Positions 41,792-50,987 of a stretch of DNA of 64,000 bases are shown here, in pieces. Numbering within the stretch: the first letter of the stretch is position 1; the number at the start of each line of letters is the position of its first letter. The position numbers and the translations under genes are program-made. A model generated the notes under the pieces. The model was not told the origin of the DNA and made no database searches. It worked only from the letters and a program-made list of their open reading frames with translations. Where the stretch lies: contig JASGHG010000001.1 of NCBI GenBank assembly GCA_047602425.1, positions 1,472,001 to 1,536,000 on the forward strand, in the 5' to 3' direction. Source of the DNA: Nibricoccus sp. (lineage in GTDB: Bacteria > Verrucomicrobiota > Verrucomicrobiia > Opitutales > Opitutaceae).

Positions 41792-43222
41792 CTATTTTGC
41801 CGCTTGGATCGCTTCGAAACGCTGGAGGAGTTCGACGTATTCCCACATCGGACCACGGACGCCTCGTCGGCGCAGTTTGTCCATCGTCACGAGGAAATCC
41901 GGCGGCGGATCGCCAATAATCCAATTGTGAGATTGCGTTCGAACCTGACTCAAACGCGCATAAACATCCTTCACCGTAAAACCGGGTGCGAGGTAGAACC
42001 GCGGATCGACAAGATAATCGCCGGGAACTTCCCCGTTCTTCTCGGGATTGATTTCCCGCCAAAGCGGCGTGCCGGGATAAACGCGCATGCCAATGGTCGC
42101 GAAATAATACGAGCCGGGCAGCGATTGCGCCCGGACAATCGTTTCCTCAAGCGTCTCCTTCGTTTCGCCGGGGCCGCCCACAATCAGGAAGTGACTGTAA
42201 TTAAGCTTCATGTCGTAGGCGAGGCGGCTGACGTCCTCGATTTCCTTGTAGCAAAAACTTTTCCCGTAGCGCTTGAGGACAGGATCGGAAAAACTATCGG
42301 AGCCAAATTCGACGTGGCGCAATCCTGCATCGCGCATCATCTCGAGAACCTCACGGGTGATCAGGCGGCTCGGGCGGAGAAAACATTCCCATTCGATGCC
42401 GAGCTTGGCGCGTATCAGCTCATTGCATACATCGCGCACGTGGTCCGGACGGGTGTTGAAGACGGAATCGACGATAAAGGTATATTTCACGCCGAGCTCG
42501 GCCATGCGCCGCAGTTCCGCCACGACTTCCGCGCCGGTGCGGTAACGACTGCGTTTGCCCTCAATCAATGGATAGGTACAATAACAACATTTGAGCGGAC
42601 AGCCGCGCTGGGTTTGGACGCCGGGTAGCGAGCCTTCGGCGAGATAGCTCTTCATGATTTCGGGATCATGATAGGGTTCGGCCGTGAAGACCGCGTCGGA
42701 AGGATTGCGCGGCAGATGCTTCGGCTGGCCCGAATTATCGCGATAGTGCAAGCCGCTGATGCCGTCAAAAGTCGAACCACTGATAATCGACTTGATCAGG
42801 CGGGGCAGCGTTTCCTCGCCTTCGCCTTCGATGCCGTAGTCCACCTTGGTCAGCTCGTACAACTCCTTTGGAAAAACGGAAAAACCGCTGCCGCCAAGAA
42901 TGAGCGTGGCTCGCGTCACTTCCCGCACCCGCTTGCAGCAGTCGAGCAATTCGTAGATGAAAGACTTGGGGTTATGGCATTGAACGTTGTCGATATTGCG
43001 CAACGTAAGCCCGATGAAGTTGGGTTTGTACGCCGCGATGCATTCCTCGAGCGTCCGCCCCGGAATGCGCGCGTCCCACGTCTTCGTATCCAATCCGTGA
43101 CTACGCAAGGCGCCCGCCACATAAGCCAGTCCGAGCGGGTAGACCGGATATGGCTGGTCGTACTTGTTCAGGTTTACCAACAAGACCCGGCTGCAGCCGG
43201 AAGTTTCATCGATGGAAATCAT
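41792..43222 (-). CDS. B12-binding radical SAM protein (lipid-biosynthesis type)
   Basis: PYPVYPLGLAYVAGAL and LRNIDN in the cobalamin domain, and QTQRGCPLKCCYCTY (CxxxCxxC). Confidence 0.92.
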   Translation of the reverse strand: MISIDETSGCSRVLLVNLNKYDQPYPVYPLGLAYVAGALRSHGLDTKTWDARIPGRTLEECIAAYKPNFIGLTLRNIDNVQCHNPKSFIYELLDCCKRVREVTRATLILGGSGFSVFPKELYELTKVDYGIEGEGEETLPRLIKSIISGSTFDGISGLHYRDNSGQPKHLPRNPSDAVFTAEPYHDPEIMKSYLAEGSLPGVQTQRGCPLKCCYCTYPLIEGKRSRYRTGAEVVAELRRMAELGVKYTFIVDSVFNTRPDHVRDVCNELIRAKLGIEWECFLRPSRLITREVLEMMRDAGLRHVEFGSDSFSDPVLKRYGKSFCYKEIEDVSRLAYDMKLNYSHFLIVGGPGETKETLEETIVRAQSLPGSYYFATIGMRVYPGTPLWREINPEKNGEVPGDYLVDPRFYLAPGFTVKDVYARLSQVRTQSHNWIIGDPPPDFLVTMDKLRRRGVRGPMWEYVELLQRFEAIQAAK

Positions 43223-43315
43223 GCGCGCGTCTCCTCTGTGAAATGGGCGACGACGTGAGCGGCAAGCGTGAAGACATTCATTGTTGGTGTAAAAAGCATG
43301 GATCCAAAAAGCTGA

Positions 43316-45688
43316 TTATTTTGCCCCACCCTCCCGGTTTTGTCCAATCGCCTCGCGGGAAAATGGCTCAAGCTCCACCACCAGCAGAGCGGTGACCACA
43401 ATCAGCGCGACCATCTGGCCAAGTGCCGAGATCACAGGGATATGGCTAAGCGCAAGTACGCCGAAGGAAGCCGCTGTCGTCATCGCGGAGAGCCGGATCG
43501 AAGGAGGCGGAAGATCGCCGCGCGCGGCATTTTCCGCCGAAAAGATCGCGTAATTGTGGCTCAGGCAGACGCCGAGAAACGCCCCGAGGAGGTGAAACAG
43601 ATTCAAGGTCTGGCCCGCCAGTCCCAAAAGCCCGAAGGCAAACAGGCAACTGCCGGCCGGCAGCGAAAAAATCAACAAGCCGCGCCGCAAGCCATAGACC
43701 ACAAAGACACTCAATCCCACCAATCCAAGTCCCACCGCGCTCAACCAAAGCGCCGACACGCGGTAGCGGCCGAAAAGGTGATTGAACGATTCCAGTTGTG
43801 CCGAGCTGACCGTGGCGAGCGTTGGCGGCGGTTCTGCTCCAGCCGGATGGTTCGTCAAGGTTGCGTACCAACTCGCCTTCGGACCGGCTTCCATCATCAG
43901 ACCGAGCGGGCCCGACAACACGCTTCCGAGTCCGGAAACCAATTCGTCATAAGCCGGACGTTTCTCACGAACCAATAATTCCCGCCACGCCCCAAAGAAC
44001 GGCTCGAAGGCGTCGGCCTCAAACCCTTGCGCGGCCAGTGAGGTCCGCAATGCCGATTCGAAATCCGCCAGCTTCCGCAAATTGTCGTCGAAATGCGCCC
44101 ACTGCTCCGGCTCGGGCAATACCGAACCGACAGACACCGCTGTGCTGCCGGGAAACGCCTGGGCGTGCCATGCGTGGAAGCGACTCAATGCCGCCCGCGC
44201 CTCAGCCGCAGAAGGCCCCCGCGTCAGATAGATCGATTGCGAATCGTTTTCTCCAAAGAGTGCATGAACTTCCTCCGCATTGGCCCGCAATTCCGGCGAG
44301 GAAATATCAAGATCGCGGATGTCGTCTCGCCAGTGCAGCCGCGCAATGCCCACCGCAACCACTAAACATGCCACCAACGCGGCCCAACGCAGCACGTTCT
44401 TTCGACCGGCTCCCGGGAGCCTTGTGTGAATCAGCGCGCGCGTCTCCCACCAAGTGTCCTTCGATTGGGCGTACCAAAGAAAAGCAGCTCCCAGCGCACA
44501 AAGCAGTCCCGCACTGACGAACACCCCGAGTTGCCTGATCAACGGCAGATCCGAAAACAGGAGTAACAAAAAGCCGGTGATGGCGGTCAGCGAACTTGCC
44601 AGCAGCGGCTTCAACAGTCGGCGAGCCTTTTCCAGTGGCGGTTCACCAGCTGCGCGCGGAGGTTGCAGAAAAAGATAAAAACCGTAGTCGACCGCCACGC
44701 CACCCAACAACGAACCGACGACAAAGACCAAAACATGCACGCGCGAAAATACGGTGGTGGTTACAATCCATGCGCCCAACAGCGAAAAAATCAGCACAGG
44801 TGCGAGATTCAAAGCCTTGTAGGGCCGTCGCACCCCGGCAAAACCGATCGCGAGCACCGCCACGAGCGAAAGCAGGTTTAGGCCTGACATTTCGCCTTCG
44901 ATCCGCCGACGGCTCGCCTCGGCGAACCGACTGATGGCGGACCAGCGAAGTTCAAATTTGCCCAGGGCCGCGGCGGCGGTTTCGGCGTCGGCCACCGCTT
45001 TGAAAACCGGCGCCTGCCCTTCTTCTTTCAGGGGTGACGCCGTCGTGCGTGCCCAGATTAATATATTGCTGCCGTCCTTCCCCGCCCCGGCCATGCCGGA
45101 AAATGCCTGCCATGGTTCGAGGGCGCGTGGCACGAGCAAAAGGGGATCGGAGGGAAGCATGTCCTGAAAAGCCATCGCCTCTGGCTTCGCCAGAAAGGCC
45201 GAAAGCTCGCTCGCCGTTTTTTCGGCGGCCCAGTGCGCGAAATCCGTCCGCCTTGGTCCGGTGTCGTATTCGGTTTTCCACGACGCCAGCTTCGCCGGAA
45301 GAAGCAAATCGAGGCGTTGATCGAAAATATGTTTTCCGACCGGTACAAAAGCCTGCGTGTCGCCGAGCCTCACGACTTCGGCAAACGCCGGCGAACCTCG
45401 CAAGGTCTCGATGAACTTGTCCGTCATCCGCTCACGAAGCGCCTTCGCCTCGCCACCGCTTTGTGTTTCCGAAAAACGAAGGACCAGCAGGACAACCCGG
45501 GCAATGCGATCGTTGGCCAGTTGCCTGACCAGCGCCAGTTCCGGCTCGCGCTCGTCGGCGGGAATCAGCTCAAGCACGTCCGTCGAAACCTTGCGATCAT
45601 AGTCAAACCGCCAGAACCAAAGACCTCCCGCCAGTACCAAAAAGGCGAGAACCAGACGTGCAACGATTTTATGACGAGGCGCAGACAT
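43316..45688 (-). CDS. MMPL family exporter (aryl-polyene-cluster type)
   Basis: Two TM bundles, GSLLGGVAVDYG, LPLIRQLGVF, SAMTTAASFG.L. Confidence 0.88.
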   Translation of the reverse strand: MSAPRHKIVARLVLAFLVLAGGLWFWRFDYDRKVSTDVLELIPADEREPELALVRQLANDRIARVVLLVLRFSETQSGGEAKALRERMTDKFIETLRGSPAFAEVVRLGDTQAFVPVGKHIFDQRLDLLLPAKLASWKTEYDTGPRRTDFAHWAAEKTASELSAFLAKPEAMAFQDMLPSDPLLLVPRALEPWQAFSGMAGAGKDGSNILIWARTTASPLKEEGQAPVFKAVADAETAAAALGKFELRWSAISRFAEASRRRIEGEMSGLNLLSLVAVLAIGFAGVRRPYKALNLAPVLIFSLLGAWIVTTTVFSRVHVLVFVVGSLLGGVAVDYGFYLFLQPPRAAGEPPLEKARRLLKPLLASSLTAITGFLLLLFSDLPLIRQLGVFVSAGLLCALGAAFLWYAQSKDTWWETRALIHTRLPGAGRKNVLRWAALVACLVVAVGIARLHWRDDIRDLDISSPELRANAEEVHALFGENDSQSIYLTRGPSAAEARAALSRFHAWHAQAFPGSTAVSVGSVLPEPEQWAHFDDNLRKLADFESALRTSLAAQGFEADAFEPFFGAWRELLVREKRPAYDELVSGLGSVLSGPLGLMMEAGPKASWYATLTNHPAGAEPPPTLATVSSAQLESFNHLFGRYRVSALWLSAVGLGLVGLSVFVVYGLRRGLLIFSLPAGSCLFAFGLLGLAGQTLNLFHLLGAFLGVCLSHNYAIFSAENAARGDLPPPSIRLSAMTTAASFGVLALSHIPVISALGQMVALIVVTALLVVELEPFSREAIGQNREGGAK

Positions 45689-45693
45689 GCGTC

Positions 45694-46335
45694 TTAGCGG
45701 AAATACGCCTTCTTTTCCTCGGGCGTGAATTCCATGCCCTGGCGCGTTTCGCCGATGAAAATTTCCACCCGTTGCATCGCCGAGCGGCGAAATTCGAGTT
45801 GTCGCATCATATTCCCGCTGCCCAAAGCCGTGATTCGCCCAAGCGTGCTCGCAAGTTGTGCATCACGCGGCACGAAATCCAGACGCCACTCGTCGCCTTC
45901 CCGCACGGCATAAACCTGAAAGGCCTGATCCAGCTTCTGCCAGTCGAAGTTTAGAATCGGAAGGAGCGCCGTGGTAGCAGCGGGGGAGTTGGGGTCTACG
46001 GGAATTTCCCGCTGATGGCTGTTCTGATCGCGCAGGAGCAAGCCACGGGAATCGATGACGATCGTCCTTTTCTCCGGATCGGTATAACCAAGACTCATAC
46101 CCAACTCTGGCGAAAGTCGCATCACGCCCTTGAGCACCACGGGGATTTTTTTAAAGGGAAACCAACGATGTTCGGTGAATTCGGATACCACCGAGCGGCG
46201 CGCGCCCAGCTCCGCGAAAAGCGGCAGCCATGCGGCGTCGTTTTTGCCCGCGACCAACTGCGGTCCCATTTCAGGAATCGCGGCCGCCTGCAAAACCAGC
46301 GCGGCAAAGAACAAAAAAATGGAAAATCGTTTCAT
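45694..46335 (-). CDS. LolA-like periplasmic carrier
   Basis: Signal peptide, FTEHR..PF...PV.L.G and WRLDFVPRD. Sits directly upstream of the MMPL gene. Confidence 0.8.
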   Translation of the reverse strand: MKRFSIFLFFAALVLQAAAIPEMGPQLVAGKNDAAWLPLFAELGARRSVVSEFTEHRWFPFKKIPVVLKGVMRLSPELGMSLGYTDPEKRTIVIDSRGLLLRDQNSHQREIPVDPNSPAATTALLPILNFDWQKLDQAFQVYAVREGDEWRLDFVPRDAQLASTLGRITALGSGNMMRQLEFRRSAMQRVEIFIGETRQGMEFTPEEKKAYFR

Positions 46336-47093
46336 GCGGTTTTACGGCGGAAGATCAGCCCAGCCCAGCGGAACAGCAACAGCTGTGTGATAAGTCGCGT
46401 GTGCAGCCAGATCATCCGCAGATTGTCGCGCAGGTAATGAAAATGCGAGATGCCGCCTTCCTCGCGGGAAAGGTAGCGACAGGTCGCAGGGACGTTGATC
46501 GTCGGCGTGCCAGCCCAGACCAGGCGAACGGCGACCTCCGGATCGAAATCGTAGCGACGAGCCCAACGCGTGGAGGAAAGCACGCTCGCAAGCGGGGCAA
46601 GGGGATAAACCCGGAAACCGAAGAGCGGGTCGGCGATCGCTTTGCCGAACGTTTCGAAATGCACCAAACCCACGCTGAGTTTGCGTCCCTGCAGCCGGAC
46701 CTGCGGCGCCTCGGGCCCAAAGACCGGCTGGCCGAGGACGAGCGCCTCCGGACTTTGTTGCGACATCTGCATGAATTCGGCGATGCGATCCGCCGGATGC
46801 TGGCCGTCGGCATCCATGACCAGCGCATGGGTAAAGCCCGCCGCCAGCGCTTCCTGCGCACCGGCAAGCACGGCCGCTCCTTTTCCGCCGTTCTTCGGCA
46901 AGCTGACAATGCGCAACCCCGGAGCGATCTCCTCCATTTCCTCAACCAATCGACCGCTGCCATCTGTGCTGCCATCGATGACAACCCAAACCGGTTGCCA
47001 GTGAACAAGCGCCTCGCGCACCGTCGCAGCGAGGCGTTCCGCCCCGGTGTTGTAGCTGGGAATCAGCACGAGATGGGTGGTCGAAGCGCTCAT
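46332..47093 (-). CDS. Glycosyltransferase family 2
   Basis: LIPSYN, VIDGSTDG, NGGKGAA, MDADGQH, GFRVYPL, RYDFDPE. Confidence 0.93.
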   Translation of the reverse strand: MSASTTHLVLIPSYNTGAERLAATVREALVHWQPVWVVIDGSTDGSGRLVEEMEEIAPGLRIVSLPKNGGKGAAVLAGAQEALAAGFTHALVMDADGQHPADRIAEFMQMSQQSPEALVLGQPVFGPEAPQVRLQGRKLSVGLVHFETFGKAIADPLFGFRVYPLAPLASVLSSTRWARRYDFDPEVAVRLVWAGTPTINVPATCRYLSREEGGISHFHYLRDNLRMIWLHTRLITQLLLFRWAGLIFRRKTA

Positions 47094-47842
47094 GCTGTTG
47101 CTGGAACGCGAAGCGTTTCCGAAATCCTTTTTTCGATTTCCGCCGTCAAAACGGAGGCGTGACGCTCTTCCACGTGCTCCCAACGACGATCGAGCGTGAT
47201 TTCCACGCGAATGGGCATCTCCGCCGGCACCTTCCACCAGGGGCGCCCGCGCGCAGTCGCCTCGGTCATCCGAATCAGAATCAATTGCACCGGCGCCCGC
47301 GATTGCGCTGCGATGATGGCAAAGCCCGGTTTAAAAGGCGCAGGCACGCCTCCCGGCTCAGTTCGCGTCCCTTCCGGAAAAATCAAAATGGAGCAACCCT
47401 GCGCCACCTTCTCCGAGGCAGCGCGAATCACATCGACCCCGGCGTCGCCCGAAACATATTCGGCCATGATGGCGGCGGGGCCGATCACCGGATTGCGCAT
47501 CAGACTGGGTTTGAAAATGCAGACGGCATTCGGCAGCCGGGCGAGGAGGAACGTGGCATCGATCAACGCGGGATGGTTCGCGATATAGACCGTACCGGGT
47601 TTGAGTGGTTCGTCAAAGCCATGCCAGCGCATCCGCACCGCGCGGCTCGCATGCAGCCACTTCAGCCAAAAATCGAACAGTATTCGGATCGCAGCCCGCA
47701 CGCCATTGCCGCGGGCATGCCGGTTCGGCAGCGGCAACAGGCAAATGCAGGCCAGGTTCAACCCCAGCCCGACCGCTCCAAAGAAAAACCAGGAAAGATA
47801 ATAAATAACGACGTAATAGGCGCGTTTGCCCCGGGTGATCAT
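47090..47842 (-). CDS. PlsC-like lysophospholipid acyltransferase
   Basis: ANHPALID (HX4D) and LIFPEGTRT. Confidence 0.92.
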   Translation of the reverse strand: MITRGKRAYYVVIYYLSWFFFGAVGLGLNLACICLLPLPNRHARGNGVRAAIRILFDFWLKWLHASRAVRMRWHGFDEPLKPGTVYIANHPALIDATFLLARLPNAVCIFKPSLMRNPVIGPAAIMAEYVSGDAGVDVIRAASEKVAQGCSILIFPEGTRTEPGGVPAPFKPGFAIIAAQSRAPVQLILIRMTEATARGRPWWKVPAEMPIRVEITLDRRWEHVEERHASVLTAEIEKRISETLRVPATA

Positions 47843-48765
47843 GCGGCCACCTCCGGCTTCGTCGTCGGGTTGAGCGGAATGAAATTAAACCAATGGTACG
47901 GAGACACCCGCAACAGCTCCTCCAATTGCGTGAGGAAGCCTTGAAAATGCGCCCTCGCCCGTTGCAAACCGGCCTCGCGCGATTCGCCCGCCGATGGCTC
48001 GAAACGCGGCGAGGCATGCAGCCAGGAGTGTCCCGGTCCGGGCAAGCCAACCGATAGAATAACCGGACGGTTAAAGATGAACGCCAGGTGATAAATCGTA
48101 AACGGGAACCAGCGTTTAGCTCCAAGAAATTGGAAGGCTTCGGTCTTGGCCGAGAAATCCACCCGGTCGCATTGCAGCGCGATGGCGGCGTCGCTGCGCG
48201 CGGCATCTTTGAGCGCAAAAAGCATTTCCGACGGCTGGTTGATCCAGATGAATTCCAACCCTTTCCCAAAACGCGCGGAGAGACGCTCGGTGTCGTGTGA
48301 ATTGCCCACACGCATACGGACAAGATAAATCCGCCCCTTGTTCATGCCGCCAAGTTGGAAACCCAACAGATCCGACACACCGACGTGAAACGTTCCCAGC
48401 AGCGCAGGTCCGCCCTGCGTGTACCACTCGCGAAACGCATCCGCGCCGGCCGCAAATTGGCACGGATAAGGCCGGCCGTTGGCCACCCGCAGACGTTGCA
48501 TCAGCGCTTCCTCGAAAGCGAAAAAATGCCGGCAGACCTCCAGCCACGAGGGGTCGCGACCGAGCATGACTCGCAAATATTCGCGCGAATGTCGGCGCTG
48601 CGCCGGCATGCCCGCGACGGCAACCGCCGTACCGATTGCTCGCAAGGGCCGAAAAATCATTTCGGGCAAAATCAGATCGGTGATGCGCAGAAACTGATAG
48701 CCCCAGCCCGGGCCGGGATTGCGCGCACCGTGACTTTCCTGCGGCAGTTCCTGCGCCGGCGTCAT
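47839..48765 (-). CDS. LpxL-like acyltransferase
   Basis: GTFHVGVSD, ALQCDR, FLG....FP and C-terminal PYHWFNF. Confidence 0.8.
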   Translation of the reverse strand: MTPAQELPQESHGARNPGPGWGYQFLRITDLILPEMIFRPLRAIGTAVAVAGMPAQRRHSREYLRVMLGRDPSWLEVCRHFFAFEEALMQRLRVANGRPYPCQFAAGADAFREWYTQGGPALLGTFHVGVSDLLGFQLGGMNKGRIYLVRMRVGNSHDTERLSARFGKGLEFIWINQPSEMLFALKDAARSDAAIALQCDRVDFSAKTEAFQFLGAKRWFPFTIYHLAFIFNRPVILSVGLPGPGHSWLHASPRFEPSAGESREAGLQRARAHFQGFLTQLEELLRVSPYHWFNFIPLNPTTKPEVAA

Positions 48766-49424
48766 GATTTGCTCCATACGAGCTGGAGCTTCAGACCCGG
48801 CAGCATTGGGCCATTGTAATTGTTGCGGCTTTCCAGCAAGCCGAACCATTCGTAAAGTGACAACCTGCCCACGGAGTCGGAATCCTCGACCACCGCGACC
48901 CGCCCCACGGAGCCCGCCGCATCGTCGCGCCCCAGCCCGAGTGCAAATGCAAATGTGCGCCCGCTCGCCACCCCTCGTTCGCGCAGCCAGGTGCCACGTT
49001 CCTCGCCGCCGCAAAACAAGACGCGCGCAGCGGGGTTTATCAAAGCGGCTACAAGCGCATGCCCGGCCAGGCCGCCAGCACCGGCAAAAGGGAAAAGTTC
49101 CGGCACGCCGCGCTGACGTCCGATGAGCCCCTGCTGCACGCCGCTGGGATGAATCGAGGTTTGAAACATCGTCGGGCTGGCGCTGGGAAAGCTTTCGAGA
49201 AAAGCCTCGAGCGCGCGACTCTCGCCGTATTCCGACGCGTACACCACGGCGTCGGCCGATGATGGATCGAGTGCGCCCAGAACCGAACCCGTCAACATAC
49301 CCAACTGGGTCATGCGGCGGGCCGCGCCGGCCGGGAAACGGGACTTCAAGCGTTCGCGGGTGGCCGCCGGCTCCTCCAGCCCGGGCGATTCGGTAAAAAC
49401 AGCCTGGATCGTGCGTTCAATCAT
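48762..49424 (-). CDS. Beta-ketoacyl synthase chain-length-factor-like protein
   Basis: ARRMT..G, VVYASEYGE, SPTMFQTSIH. No catalytic Cys motif. Confidence 0.8.
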   Translation of the reverse strand: MIERTIQAVFTESPGLEEPAATRERLKSRFPAGAARRMTQLGMLTGSVLGALDPSSADAVVYASEYGESRALEAFLESFPSASPTMFQTSIHPSGVQQGLIGRQRGVPELFPFAGAGGLAGHALVAALINPAARVLFCGGEERGTWLRERGVASGRTFAFALGLGRDDAAGSVGRVAVVEDSDSVGRLSLYEWFGLLESRNNYNGPMLPGLKLQLVWSKS

Positions 49425-50532
49425 GGGCGAGGAGAAGGGCCGCGTGCGCGCCCCCGAAGGCGTTGCTCGCGCAAAGCACGGCATCGAATTCACGGTTTGA
49501 AAATGGTTCGGTTGCGACGTTCTTCGTGAAGGCCGGCGCCGCCGTGCCGACCGTGCCCGGACTGCGGCCGGCGCGGATGGACTCAACGGCGATAGCGAGT
49601 TCCACTAATCCGCAGCTGCCCAACGTGTGACCGAGGCTGCCCTTCCAGCCGACGAGCGGCGCGTCAGGGAAAGCCGCAGCGAGACGGTTCGATTCAAGGC
49701 GCCCCGCTTCCAGCGTGCCAGTGCCGTGGCCTTTGATCCAAAGGCGCCGGCCGTTAGCTTTTTCCAAAATTGGCGCGAGGCAGGCCTGAAAGCCCGCGCC
49801 ATCCGGCTGATTGGCCGTGAAGTGAAACATCTCGTTGTGCAGGTTCTGCGCGAGGATTTTGAAACCCTGGCCTTCGCGCGATAACACCGCGTAAGCCGCG
49901 CCGTCGCCGAGTCCGATCGAGCCGGTGGCACGATCCATGTAAGGCGCGGGAAAATCGGTGTTGAGAATTTTCAGCGCGTGAAAACCGCCGGCCACGAATG
50001 GACTGATAAAATCGAACGTCGCCACCAGCGCTTCGTCCGCGAGCCCGGAACTTACGATCCGCGCGGCATGCACGAGGCCGAGATGAGCCGAAACGCAGGC
50101 GTGGGAAAAAATTGCGAAGTTGTCGCCCCACCCCTGTTCACGCCTCAACCAATCGACACACGCCTGAGGGGAACCAAAGGCCAGATGCCCTTCATCTCCC
50201 GTTTTGCGAAAAGCGTGCAGACTGCCCACCCCAAAATTGCTGCTCGTGACGAAAATCGGGCGGCGCGCACTGCCCCAGCGATGCCCGGCCACGGGAGCGA
50301 AAAGTTTTTTCACCGCCGCACCCCAGGCCGGTGGATTGGTTTCATCCATCGCTCGACCGGGCAGCAACGCCACGGGCACGAGATCGCCGCCATCCACACC
50401 TGCCACCGGGACGGGTTTCAACGCTTTGTCACCGCGCAAAAGCGCCGCGCAGGTCGCGGACGCATCGCCAAATGGAGTAAGGCAACCGCAGTCGGTGACT
50501 TTGACGGCGTTGGAATCTGCCGGAAAAGGCAT
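49417..50532 (-). CDS. Beta-ketoacyl-ACP synthase (divergent)
   Basis: C-H-H triad SHACVSA, GHGTGT, KGSLGHTLG, plus NAFGG. Confidence 0.88.
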   Translation of the reverse strand: MPFPADSNAVKVTDCGCLTPFGDASATCAALLRGDKALKPVPVAGVDGGDLVPVALLPGRAMDETNPPAWGAAVKKLFAPVAGHRWGSARRPIFVTSSNFGVGSLHAFRKTGDEGHLAFGSPQACVDWLRREQGWGDNFAIFSHACVSAHLGLVHAARIVSSGLADEALVATFDFISPFVAGGFHALKILNTDFPAPYMDRATGSIGLGDGAAYAVLSREGQGFKILAQNLHNEMFHFTANQPDGAGFQACLAPILEKANGRRLWIKGHGTGTLEAGRLESNRLAAAFPDAPLVGWKGSLGHTLGSCGLVELAIAVESIRAGRSPGTVGTAAPAFTKNVATEPFSNREFDAVLCASNAFGGAHAALLLAHD

Positions 50533-50544
50533 GAGGGGTTAAAA

Positions 50545-50820
50545 TCAGGACGGCAGTCGTGACGGATCGGCACGCTGACGAATAAAAGCTGCAAGACCCG
50601 CCACGCTCGACAGCGCCTGTTTCGATTCTTCGCTGCTGCCGATTTTAATGCCGAACTCCTTTTCGAGTTTCACCACGAGCTCAAGTGCATCAATGGAATC
50701 GAGCGCAAGGCCGGTGCCAATCAATGGCTCCGCGTCCTTAATTTCCTCGGGTTTGACCCCTTCAAGTCGAAGGGTTTCAACAATGATGTGTTTCAAGCGG
50801 TTTGTGAGGGGGTCGGCCAT
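50545..50820 (-). CDS. Acyl carrier protein (aryl-polyene type)
   Basis: GLALDSIDALELVVKLEKEFG. Confidence 0.95.
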   Translation of the reverse strand: MADPLTNRLKHIIVETLRLEGVKPEEIKDAEPLIGTGLALDSIDALELVVKLEKEFGIKIGSSEESKQALSSVAGLAAFIRQRADPSRLPS

Positions 50821-50987
50821 ACGAAAAAGTGTCCTTTAGTGAGGCGGCTAGCCCGGTGTGCCGCAAGCCCGGAACTTGCCCTTTTAAAAAATGCGCTCGC
50901 GGAGCCACTTCTGCGGAACCGCAACGTGAGTCAGGAGATATTCCGAGGCTTTGAGCGCCGGCCCGGACCTCAAGGCGGTTCGCAGGT

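Noticed and set aside
43219..43401. 60-aa version of the ORF upstream of the rSAM gene
   Set aside because: Its 5' half overlaps the MMPL coding end in another frame. Only the 20-26 aa intergenic part is plausible.
50821..50987. Structured RNA between the KS and ACP genes (CTGCGGAACCGC...GCGGTTCGCAG)
   Set aside because: It is only an imperfect stem with no family resemblance, insufficient to call an ncRNA.
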